A program made the position numbers and the translations under genes. A stretch of DNA of 63,756 bases, counting the filler, from Octopus bimaculoides (taxonomy: Eukaryota), in NCBI RefSeq assembly GCF_001194135.2. It is 7 parts of 6 records of this genome, joined end to end, with 100 filler letters (N's around TTAATTAATTAA, not from the genome) between each part and the next. Parts side by side here need not be neighbours in the genome. Positions count along the whole stretch, not along the records: positions 8,609 to 31,395 come from NC_068999.1; 6 more parts are not named here. One strand, 5' to 3'. Within the stretch, counting starts at the first letter, position 1, and each line of letters begins with the position of its first letter. Below the pieces are notes generated by a model, which saw nothing but the letters and a program-made list of their open reading frames with translations, made no database searches and was not told the origin of the DNA. This document shows positions 11,785-24,200 of this stretch, piece by piece.

Positions 11785-13680
11785 GGGGGGGTGCCTCACA
11801 TCTCAAAGATAACATATGGAGATTATCTCCCTTTGTTAATGACTATCGACTTCCGGCTGTGCCACCATCTTTGGCTAGCAGGAACCTCCTGAAATGTAAA
11901 CATGACCCAAGCAAACATGACTCTGTTCTGGAGTTAAAGATGCTCCCGGGTTCAGGTAGTACTTTAAGGATTTTGATGCGTTCAGCTATGCATAACTTGC
12001 ATCCCGTCCTTCCGTTGATGTAGGAGCCTGAATTCTGGAGAATTTTCCATCAGATCGAGTACAGAAAACACATTGTCTCTTAGGTGCGAGATGTGGCTGG
12101 CCAGTGCTGTTACGGATCTCCTTTCAGAGGAACTCCTAAGGAGGACCTGTGGTTGCAGAGACGTTGAACGAGTTACTGGAATATCCAATGAATCTCCGTG
12201 GGTGTGTGTTGTCGGTACTGTACCTGTTAGTGTTGTTGTTGTTGCTGCTGCCACCGATATTGCAGTTGTTGGAGCCGAGGCTGCTGGTGGTAATGGCGTC
12301 CGTAATGGTTAATGGTATCGTCATTGCCGGTTATGTAGGAGGCAATGATGTTGTTATCGTCGTCCTTTTCATTGGTGGGAGAGTTTCCAATGCTGCCAGG
12401 GGTGTCATCAGCTGTGGATCCGCTGGTGTTTCTTTTAGGGCCACCGTCACTGCTACTGCTGTTACTTCCGTTATAACTGCTGGTGGCACTGCGTCTGTTG
12501 CTGCTGCTGCTGCTGCTATAGATGTCAATTGTGGTACATTGGAAATGTTGGCAATGCTGGTGTTGATAGCGATTATGCTGTTCATGTTGTTAGAGTTGTT
12601 GGCGTCGGGGGTAGTACCAATGCTGCAACTGGTGCTATTATTGCTATTGTTGGAAATGTTGTTTACTGCGGTAACGGTCACGTTGTTGCTGCTTCCATTC
12701 TGGTTTCTGCAGGTTCTATTGCTTCTACTCGATGTATTGCTAGCGTTTGCAAAAACTTCGATTTAGAAGCAATAGCAGCCGTAAACGTGAGAACAGAACC
12801 AGCAACACCGCTACCATCGCCACAGATGACAACATGAGCAACAATAGAAATAGCAGCACCAGTGACAGCATCGGCAGTTCCCCCGACGGAGACAACTCTA
12901 ACAATAACAACGACAATAGCATCGCCATTAACACAAGCATTAACAACAGCTGCCATCACATCCATAGAAGCAGACCTGACAAATCCTAAAACAGCAGCAA
13001 CAGTGCTACCACTATCTCTAACGGTAATAACAGCAGAAGTAGTAACAGCAGCCCTAGCCGAAACACCGGCGTAGTAACAACAATGGCAAGTCTCCCACTA
13101 ATGAAGAGGACCACAAGAACAACAGCATTGCCTCCACCATTACCGGCAGTGGAGATGCCATTACGGACGCCACCATCACCTCACCATGACCTCACCAATA
13201 CCTGCAGCTCCAGCTCCAACAACAACAATGACGGCGGTAGCAGCAACAACAACAGGTACAGCATCGGACAACACACGCCCAAGGAGATACATTAGATGCT
13301 GCAGTAACTCGTTCAAGCAAAGTCTCTTCAATTACAGGTCATCCTTAAGAGTTACAGAAAGGAGATACGTAACATCACTGGCCAGCCGCTTCTAGCAGTT
13401 AAGAGATGATAGGTTTCCATACGTAATCTAATAAAAATAAATCCTCGAGAACCGAGAGCCCTACATCAACGGGACGAAGTATTGCAAGTTACGAATAGAT
13501 GAACCAGGGAACATCCTTAACACCAGAACACAGATTTTTCGGACCATTTTTAGATTTAAGGGGATCCCTGCTAGCCTTTTGGAGCCCGCAAGATGGCGCA
13601 CAGCCGGAAGTCGTTATCCACTAGCAAAGGGAGATAATCCCGAAATGTTACCTTTGAGTAGTGAGGCATTTTCCCCAACA
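11785..13680. repeat. ~1.9-kb diverged inverted repeat (foldback palindrome)
   Basis: 11785-12732 is the reverse complement of 12758-13680, at roughly 80% identity in a hand-aligned 70-bp block. Innermost arms CTATTGCTTCTA (12716-27) / TAGAAGCAATAG (12764-75). Right end ...CCCCAACA. Confidence 0.88.
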
Positions 13681-13793
13681 TATATTTAGGAAGTCGTGGG
13701 CCAACATTTTTTTGTCAACTGACGATATGCCATAAAGCTAAACTCTTTATGGAATGGAAACCTAAGATAATTCCATAATCTGGCCTTCACAAT

Positions 13794-13835
<42 letters not shown>

Positions 13836-16707
13836 NNNNNNNNNNTAGCAATGATAACCTCCCAGGGGCAACAAAAATAATCTACCTATCGGGGATAATC
13901 ACTAGAATAAATAAATATTGAAAAATAAATTAATAATTAAATAATTAAATAAATAAATAAATAAATAAATAAAATAAATTAATCTAGTAGAAATTCACAG
14001 GAGAGCAGTAGCAATTGGAAAGATTAAGGAGTTACCTCCCCGGTATATAGTAAACAAAATCGATGAAGGCAGCATGGCGGAGGTATAGTCAAGTATTTTA
14101 ATAATCTGTTATGATCGTTAATTGTGTTAGTTGTGTTTTTTCGTAATTTGTTCTGATGGAAGCCATTCCTGAGGAAGTGCCAAACGTCAGACATCCAACG
14201 GATCAGTCGCTGGATAGAGTTGGGCACAGAAATGTTGACATCGAATGGTAAATAATTAAATAAATGGAATAAAGATCGGTCGTGTTGAGAGTCTCTACAT
14301 TTTAAAACATATATATATATATATATATATTTGTTATGAAGGACACTCAATAAATGATGTACAGTATAGACAGATAGACAGAGCTGGTATGAGCATATGT
14401 CAACCTCCTGCCTTTATACATATATTTTGAAGAAGCATTTCTAAAACAATGTCAACTCTGTTATAAAATCAAGTTGTCCAAATTTTTACATACATATATT
14501 TGACTGACAGGTACAGACTTAAATTGTAAGGTAGGAAAAATCTTTAAACAAGAAGAAATATTTAATTGTAGTTCTCCGAATATGATGTAAAAGAAGACAA
14601 ATTACATAACCGAATGAGAGTGATAAGAAAGAAAATCAATTATGCGAATACTAAAACAATCATTTGATATATACTGCTGTGGGTGAAGGAGTGAAATTAA
14701 ATAATTTTAAAGCATATCAAGATAAAATTCCGATTCCCTTACCGATGAATAGTGAATAATCAAAGACAAAATGAATAAATAATAACCTCGCTTCCACTTT
14801 TGATTATTAATCACTGACAATAATGTAATACTTACAATGAACAGTATGATACAAAGTAAAGATTTGAGAACTGACGTTGTTGTTATAAGATAGTTATGCC
14901 ACCTGTATCCACTACTGTAACTAGAGGGTGTCAGTTTCTCTTTTTTTTAATATATGTAAAAAAGAAGCAATCAACCCACTTTGTATATTTTAGCTTAGCT
15001 ATTTGAATACTGTTAGTAATAAATACGGGATTTTCTTTATATCTAAATAATATACAACCATGATTTCCACCGACTTGTGCATATCATATTCATTGCTATT
15101 ACAAAAGCACAAACAATCATGACGAGGTATACACACCTATATATGAATATTCGTGGTGCATAACATAGACCTATATGAGTATAATATACTTGAAACTAGA
15201 ACATCTCACTGATCTTTGCTTCCCTGTGCTTTCACAGTTTAAATATGTCGTTTAATCTTTTAATCTAATGTTCTTTTTCGTTGTCTTTGATTTTTTCTAT
15301 TGCTTTTCTGGCTTCATTGTGTGCAGTATTCAAATAGATAACTTGTGCTATTTTCTTCTAAAATTATGAATTATGCAATAGGAAGACGCAATCTGATAAT
15401 TCCAAGAGGCCAATCTTAAGTTACCAAGCGATGAACGCTGCTATTCTAATCATTTCATTATTACCACTATCAAAATTCACCGTATCTTTGTCACAATATC
15501 ATTTTCATCATCATCGCCGTCGTCGTCATTCTTATCATAGTAACCGTCAACAATAACATCATTATTATCCTCGTCATTCCAGCAACAATGGAAAATTAAC
15601 TAAAAAGTAGCAGCGACATCGACTGCTATATATATTATAATAAAGTGCTATCTTTTACAACTTACTCATCATCATCATGAACATCGCTTTTATTATCACC
15701 AGTCTTTTTTCATCCTCATAAAATTCGTCATTCTTTCCTCATCTTCATCTGGCTCATCTTTCTTTTTCTCCTATCCAGCCTCTCCATCCCACACTTTATT
15801 TACTCCTCCTTCTTCTCTTTTCCTTCTCATTCTTTCCTTATAATCATCTTCACCATAATCACAGTGATCATATTGGTTAACATCGACGTTCTTATTTTTC
15901 TCAAAGTCAATACAAAGATAACCAGTATCTTTGGGAAGAGACATGCAAACTGGAACGTCGATGAATATGTTCAAGATTTACATAAGGATTTACATCGCCT
16001 TTACCATTTTCATAATAGCCATAACCATCCTCATCTATGTAAACATCGTCATATATTCTTCTTCGCCCTCTCGATCAACACGACCCTCATCACCAGCGTC
16101 GTCTTCATCATCATCTTCATTGTTGTCGTCGTCATCATAATGATGTTAATTGACACTAAAAACAGCATAATCATTAGCATCGTCATCACAACGGTATTTT
16201 TATTGTTATCCACGTCGAATATTCTACGTTCATCAACATTACAACCACTAAATTAATTGGTGATATCCTTATTAACTATCATCATATTTACCTGCGTCTC
16301 ATTGATATACAGTTTATTTTGTGTTCTCTTCTATATGTTGCTTCACTGAACAAATTTGTTAAATCTGATCATGACAAAGGCATCATTGACTCGATGTATA
16401 GTTGTGTTTAGACAAAGTACTATTCTCTCACAATCATGCTCACATTCCCTCCTCAAAATTATTGCATTTGGAGGCGTCTCATTAGGACTGTCATTGTGAA
16501 TGTGATTATATAAATGTGTACGAACGCTAATTTTCTTGGGTATTTTTTAGAGTAATACATATTTTGTGTCCCGCTAAATCTCCCTAAGAACCACGTTCAG
16601 TGTTCGCGTGTATATGGATTGCCCAAACAGTTGCACGTTAATTTCCTGTCCAGTCTGTTCCATTAACCTGATCAACTGGAACACTCGTTGTCGTAAACGA
16701 CAGAGTA

Positions 16708-16742
<35 letters not shown>

Positions 16743-16747
<5 letters not shown>

Positions 16748-17345
16748 GGTTCATATCTAGTTGTGTATTTATAGAAAATCCATATTTATGTATATGAATA
16801 TCGTCATGAATATTTGTCGTGATGCAAGGACTGTTAAATCATAAAATAGACTGATTAAATATATTCCTATATTTACAAGCCTGATCATTAACACTTTAAA
16901 AAATATATAAAATATAATAAAAACAAGAACAAAATTCAAATAGATAATAGAAATTAAATAAACAAAACAATTACACGGTCAGAAAATGTTCTTATGCATC
17001 TTTAATAATATTCATCTAACGATATTTTAATCACTACCCATTATTATTATATAAAATTTATATAATAAAATTTATATAATATCTTAAATATTTATGATGT
17101 TGTAAGAAATATATAGTTTTTAAATTTCTATATACTATTTTGAAAGAATAAATAAGGATCTATTTTATTCACACACGAAAGTCATTCAAAAAGTTTTAAT
17201 CAACGATTCATTAATTCAAAGTTTCTTCTAAATACGCTGTAATTAAAGAAATGTATGAATTTACGATTATTATAATCTATACTATTTCTTACATAAAAAA
17301 ATGGTAATAATATATAAGTAAATAACTTAGAATTTTACAGAAGAA
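16743..17345 (-). repeat. Downstream direct repeat (3' end/pLTR) of Penelope-like element
   Basis: Colinear with 20195-20850, e.g. ATGCAAGGACTG(T/C)TAAATC(A/G)TAAAATAGACTGA and AACGATTCATTAATTCAAA in both. Ends in (TA)n. Confidence 0.85.
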
Positions 17346-19900
17346 AATTAATCAGAGCAAGCCAATAGTTTAATATCTCCATAATTTTTGTGCATATAAG
17401 TTCAAGAGAACATAGTATCAATATATATATTAAATATTATAGGGTGTGCAAGAAATATTCATTTATACATAACTATTCAAAATTATATATAATTATCTTG
17501 AAGAATGATTCTTATCCATTTATGCGTACTAATATAAATATTATTCTCATAGCTTCCATATAGCTTCCAGATAAACTTCCTTAAACTGGTAATGTTCAAC
17601 CTCTCTCTTTTCGTAAAAGGATGTTCCTGGTTTGCAACGAGCCTTTTAATAAAAAATCTTCAGTTGACCCAATGGAAAAATAATGTTTCCCTTCAGATTC
17701 AATTCTACATCTACATACAGTGTTATTTTGCATACAAAAATTATTGAAATAACATTTATCCTTAAATGTACAATCACAAGCTCTAGCGAGATAATTACCA
17801 GTACTAAAACTATTATTATTTCTATTATTAGAAGAATTGTCTACTTTTCGTAATTAATTGAAGAGATAATTCTAAACAAATCTTTAGATAGTGAAAAGCC
17901 AATTCTAACATTTTATTATTAATTATTTTAGTATATTTATTTTCTTTACTAAAATGTTTACTGATCTGTAAAAAAAGCTTAACCAAATTAGATTATATTT
18001 GTCTTACATAAGGAAAAAATAAACCAAATATTATTTCCATTATAGAATTAACAGTATTAATAAAACCGGCATATGGGGTGTACGTTTTAGTCTTAAACTT
18101 AAGCCTATTTTCATACAGAATATTATAATTACTGCACTTCTTATTTATACTACATCTCTTATTATTACTATTCTTCTTCTTATTGTTAACCTCAATATTA
18201 TAATCGTAATGCAGGTTTAGTGTATCTATATTTTTGGTATTGATTTTAGAATATACGTTTACACTGTATTTTGTTCCACTTTTAATTTGGTTAACTTTCG
18301 ATTCTGTAATGGTTAATTTACTAATTACCTCATCAACCTTTTTACTATTTATATTTTTATGAGATTTAAGAATTTTAATTTTATTACTCGCATCACTACT
18401 ATTAGATCAACACATTCTGTTGTCTACCGATTTACCATTATCATAATAATATTTTTATAGCCTTCATTTTTATATTATAATAAACAATCCTATGCATATA
18501 TTCCACTCTTTTAAGGTCCACATTATAATATTCTGCATTATTGTTAAATATTCCACATTAGAAGATAAATATGAAACTCGCTTGGAAATATTTTCAACTA
18601 AAGTTCATGTAATTGCTTTAGGATGATTACTATTAAAGTTAATATATTTAAAAGTATTTCTTGGTTTATGATATGAGCCATATTGACCAGGAACAAGATT
18701 GGGATTAACATCTAAATAATTAACAAGATTTATGTTCAGTTTCAACAGAAATTAATAAACTAAATCTTTTAAGAAAACTATGCATATTTTTCTTATACAA
18801 AACTAAGTTCCTAGTTGATAGAATATTAGTAAAAACAGTTATTCATCTGTATACAGTCCGCCTTTAATATCTGGAAATTTAACACTAACATGAAATATAA
18901 TGTATATACCTACAGGATCAGTAACTTGGGCAAAATCAGCTGATCCCATAGAAAAGTCAAAAAATTATTAGTATAATTTTTAGACCAGTACTTATTATCA
19001 AATAATATAATGAATTTTCGAGCTTCCAAAATTACTTTCTTTAAAACTAAGGTTGGAGCATTTTCTAGCAAATAGATGAGCATTATTAAGTGCAACAGGA
19101 TTAATAGAAGAATAATAGATATTAATACCAGTTTGCATACATTTACTTCTTTTTCTTCTATTTTCTATGAAACCAATAAGCAGCTTCTTGCGTATTAGAC
19201 CAAATTTGAAGTGTTATATTTTGCTGACGTCTAGGTATATGCCTATGTAGAATAATCTGACTTAAGATATCCGGATCGGCCTGGGCAATTTAATCAAACT
19301 TTAGGGTCAGAAAAGAAGTTTCCTTTATGACCTTTTTAAGTTGTTCTATGCCTCATAAACACAAACGACTCTGTTCTATCATCAAGATCATAATCATTCA
19401 GAATTTTGTTAACTTCTAAATTAATGGACGCTAAAACATGTTTACTTACTACTTGTAATACTAGTATTCTCTTCCTGCATTCATGATATTTTAATAAATC
19501 CATATCACACAAGTTTCCGGTTTTATAAAATTGCACAGTAATTCCATTTTTGCAAGATCACATAGTAAAGACTTTAGCTTCTTTAAATGTTCATTTAACC
19601 TAAAGGGATATTTAAAAAATTTAGTATATTTGATTATGTTTCATCAGTTATTTTCAAAAGCCGTCAAGTGGTGGTTTGGTGGTGGAAATGTTTTAGTCTT
19701 AAATTATTTTTAAAACATTTAATATCTCATTAACAGGGTTAATTTCTCGCTCAAAATGTTTATCAGGGTAAATAGCCTTCTAAGAGAACCTATGGATGAA
19801 TTCAAGAGTTTTATTAATTAGGTCCTTCATGAGATCTTTTCTAGGTGGAATAAGATTTTTTTAAAAATATAAGTCAATTGGTGCTTTCTTCATTTATACC
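17330..19900 (-). pseudogene. Penelope-like element RT + GIY-YIG endonuclease pseudogene (Neptune-type)
   Basis: Minus-strand fragments: ILEARKFIILFDNKYW, FDFSMGSADFAQVTDPVGIYII (cf. FDVTMGS.DGAE.CELVGLY), GGLYTDE (cf. GLYRDD), NYLDVN, YHKPRNTFKYINFNSNHP, CDCTFKDKCYFNNFC...YFSIGSTEDF, TSLRKFIWKL. Confidence 0.88.
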
Positions 19901-20194
19901 AGCGAAAAAGAAAAGCAGTACTTAAGTAATATACAAATATGTTATTATCATTCAAGTCAAAAAAAAAAAATACAATTTCCTTTCAAGGGATGGAAAACAT
20001 CCAATTTCAATTCACTCTTCAGTCAATTTCCACAATACAGTAGAGAAAAAATCAGAAATTAAAATGTTATAATTTCAAAATATGCATATTAAAGAAAATA
20101 GAGGAATACTATTGACAGATTATAAACTTACTAATATTATAATATAATATAAGTATCCTATAAAATAATATAATTTAACAAATGATTAGAAAAT

Positions 20195-20850
20195 ATATAT
20201 AATCTACAATTTGCTTCGATACATATCAACTAGTGCATTTATTAAAAAATCACATTTATGTATATGACTCTCATCAGGGTAATATTTGTCTCAAAAATAT
20301 ATAAAAATGCTATGCAAGGACTGCTAAATCGTAAAATAGACTGACAAAAAATATTCCTATGTTTACAACCGTGGGTGTTGATAATTTTAAAATTTCATAA
20401 ATATAATAAAAACAAACTAAAATTCTAATTGATAAAATAAATTAAATAAACAAAATTACAACGGATATAAAATAATCTTATACATCTTTAATAATAGCAA
20501 TATAACGATATTTTGATCTAAAATAATCACTGCCAATTTTTATTACATAAAATCTAATATAATAAATAATTTATAGTATGTTAAATATTTATGGTGTAGT
20601 AAGAAATATATATTTTTTAAATTTCTGTTTACTATTATGAAAGAATAAATAAGGACCTAATTTATACAGATACAAAATACATTAAAAATCTTGTAATAAA
20701 CGATTCATTAATTCAAACATTTCTTCGAAATACGCTGAGGTTAAACAAATATATAAGTTACGATTATTATAACCTATACTATTTCTTACATAAAAATGGT
20801 AATAATATATAAGTAAATAACTTATCAGAATCTTATTTAATTTTACAGAA
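20195..20850 (-). repeat. Upstream direct repeat (pLTR) of Penelope-like element, with hammerhead-like motif
   Basis: Paralogue of 16743-17345. Contains CTGATGA at 20277-20271 (minus strand). Confidence 0.8.
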
Positions 20851-20864
20851 GAACATAACCCCTG

Positions 20865-21240
20865 TAAGTCAGTTGCTGTGTGGTAAGCAGCTCGCTTAAC
20901 AACCACATGGTTCCGGGTTCAGTCCCACTGCGTGGTAACTCAAGCGACTGTCTTCTACTGTAGCTGCGTGCGGACCAAATCGTTGTGAGTGGATTTGGTA
21001 GACCGAAACTTAAAGAAACCTGCCGGTTATATATACATATATATGTATGCATGTGTTTGTGTTTGTCACCGAACCACCGCTTGAGATCCGATTTTTTTGT
21101 GTTTATTTCCCAGTAACTTAGCGGTTTGGCAAATAACACTGATAGAGTAAGTACTAGACTAACAATAAATAAGTTATGGGTGTCTATGTGTTCCACAAAA
21201 GGTGGTGCTCCAGCAAATAAAAGAAAAAAAAGAATAAAAG
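20865..21240 (+). mobile_element. SINE family B, near full length
   Basis: GCTGTGTGGTAAGCAGCTCGCTTAACAACCACATGGTTCCGGGTTCAGTCCCACTGCG ... GTAACTTAGCGGTTTGGCAAA ... GGTGCTCCAGC. Confidence 0.8.
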
Positions 21241-24200
21241 AATTGCTTACAAGAAATAACCGGAAATATGTACTTACAATAGAAATGTTTTTAATCATGA
21301 TAGTGCCTTTTATAAAATTGTTTATATGACGTTCGTATTCAGTGGTTTTAGATGTACCCATTTGTGTGAGATCATCGAGAATATGGATATCTGTAAGATA
21401 ACATGTACATAGATTTCAGTGTCCAAAACAAATTTGGTTAACTTACACGCCCCCGGCCTACAATGCGACCACTCCGTCGGTAGTACTTTCAAATAATGTC
21501 AAAGATTATCTTTTATTAGGATTTATAGATCTTAAATAACCTTATTGTCCGAACAGACAAATATAAGTGTATATATATCTCAGGAAATCAGCTGGACCAA
21601 GTAAACGTAAAAAAAATTAAATTTCTGAAAATAAGTTTATACAATGCAGGAATAAAATGACACAGATTGTAACAAAAAAATATCACACATACATACATGC
21701 ACGCACGCACGCNNNNNNNNNNNNNNNNNNNNNNNNNNNNNNNNNNNNNNNNNNNNNNNNNNNNNNNNNNNNNNNNNNNNNNNNNNNNNNNNNNNNNNNN
21801 NATATATATATATATATATATATACATACATATACACACCGTCACATATTTATGCATAAATCTATAAACATAATTATGTGTGTATTTATATGTATGTCTA
21901 TCGATCTATCACCCTATACATCTGTCTAACTATCTCTCTCTCCATATATATATATATATATCATTGATAAACCTGTGTAATGAGAGTCAAACAACGAGAC
22001 GTAATTTTCAAATGAAAAATGGTGTACGAACCTCTACCACATTAATAGCAAAAACATAAAGCAAGGAATGAATGCAATTAGGTAATAAAGCAAATAACAT
22101 TAATATAGTAAAAACATACTGTATAAATTTCAATAAGACCAGCGTTGAGTTTTATCTTTATTTTTTTTTCTCTCTCCTGATATCAAAACAGATTTATTCA
22201 TTGTAGGTAATTCAACGGTCTTATTTCTTAGTGTGTCAAACACAGTCGAAATCTTGGCAACAATTAAAGTGATTGTATGTGAAAACAGCTCTATTTCACT
22301 TTTGACGCTCTCTCGAATATTTTAACAAGTACAATTTTCACCAAGGCACTAAATTAAACTATCCATTTTAGCTGTCATGTCTCAAACTATTCTTCTTTTA
22401 ATCGTTGCTGTCTCTTTTTAATACATCAATCAAAAATAAGCTTATACATTTTATCATGTTTTTTTTTCCTGTATAACTCTTTTTATTTGGATGGCGAGTA
22501 TTCATATTTTTATTTTTGCTAACATCATAATCATTTTTAACATCATCATTACTATCATCATACTCATCATTAATGGCATTGTAATTATATACAGAATGTA
22601 TTATTGTTGTTGTTGTCGTTGTTGATTATGATTTTGTTGTTGTTATTGATATTAATATTAGCATCATCATGATTGCTGTCTGCATTTATTTTATTTTCTA
22701 TGATGTATTTGCTCAAACAATTATTATGACTTTTATTTCCATTCTCTCTCTTATGTTGTTTTTGTCGTTGCTGTCGTTTTCTTTCTTGTTTTGTTTTATT
22801 TTCTTGTTGTTTGTATTGGCAGTATTTCAGAACAAGTTATGACAGACTTATTTTCGTTAGTTTTGATTTGCTGTTCAGGATTTTACAACCTTCATTGATT
22901 AAATAACACGAGGTTTTTTCTCAAACAGCAGATGTGCTTTCCTGTTGTAAGTTGGTTAAAAGTTAATATTTGTGATTCTCGTATTAATTTGTTGCAATAT
23001 ATTTTTACGCTGTCATTTTCAAATCTCTTTACTCAGAAATGCATTTGTTTCAGACGGACAACGTTCCAAAGGCATATTTCTTATTTTATTTGTCTGAAAT
23101 GAGGATATTAACAAATGAACGTGAGTCTGATTATTCTAGATTGTTCTAAAGGAAAAAAAATCATTAATAGTGGTTTCTTCCAACGAAATGGGGCTCTGGT
23201 ATAGAGATTAACGTGTGCTGTATGTAAAGAGGTTAATATGAACATACTGCATGCAATAACCTTTCGTTATATTCAGGACAGAGAAGTGCATATTGCTCCG
23301 TGGACTACTATATTGGAAAAATCATCAAGCTTCATATTAGAGAGGTGAATTTATTTTGGCAGCTATTTCTGGGATGCTAGACTTGATTGAGTCTATATGT
23401 CTGATGCTCATTTTTGTGTAATGAGTATGGTCACTAAGACACGAGTAAGACAACGTGAAAATGAGATGCGGAGAATAGCCTGTGTTATATATTGATTCTC
23501 GATATGTATTATCTAATTAGTCATAAAATGACATAGTTCCACTAAACAGATAATTGAAAAATATTATTTTATCTACCGTTTTACTGATTGTAGCAGTGAA
23601 TCTTCCGTTTGAAATTACTTCATACTCAACACAATTTTTGATATTATCCCCTTGAATTCAGTTGCGGCTTTGTTGAAAAATGTTTTCTGAGAAAAGATTA
23701 ATAAATCTTCTAGTAATGCCATTTAATATCCTCCTAGAATAAAAGAAGACGGTTCAGTATGTGCATATATACTGATGTAACTATGGGTTTTCTATGGAAG
23801 TAACATCTGCGTGTCTTTAAATCAAATGTAATGTTAAAATGTTGGTGAGCGGTAGTTTCTAATCTCACGTCAGAAGACTCCTATTATGATCTATATTTTA
23901 TACATAACATTTAATGTAATATTCTTGAGACTGCCACACCATTGTCTATGTACTGGCCTGCAATGTAGAGATCCGATTACCCCCAATATTCTTACCATTA
24001 TCAATCTGAAAATATTTACAAGGTAAGCGGAAAAGACATGTCAACTGTGGGAGTCAATGAGTGAGACATATTTCCTTAGGCCATGTAGGAATGCATATAC
24101 AAAAAATATTCATTTATGCTCCTGACTATTAGTGACACCAAATTTTGTGTTGCTGGCATTGCAAGCTTTAAAATTTCCTGTAACAAATACAACGATGTTA

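Noticed and set aside
11785-13680. DIRS or LTR retrotransposon, or a mucin-like gene pair, as the explanation of the palindrome
   Set aside because: No RT, RNase H, YR or integrase motifs, no PBS/PPT, and the Thr/Ala-rich frames are broken by stops. Origin left open.
17330-19900. Maverick/Polinton pPolB or ATPase remnant (YLDVN, DD..MRH motifs)
   Set aside because: The neighbouring FD.SMGS, GLY.D, Y.KP..HP and GIY-YIG motifs identify a Penelope-like RT instead.
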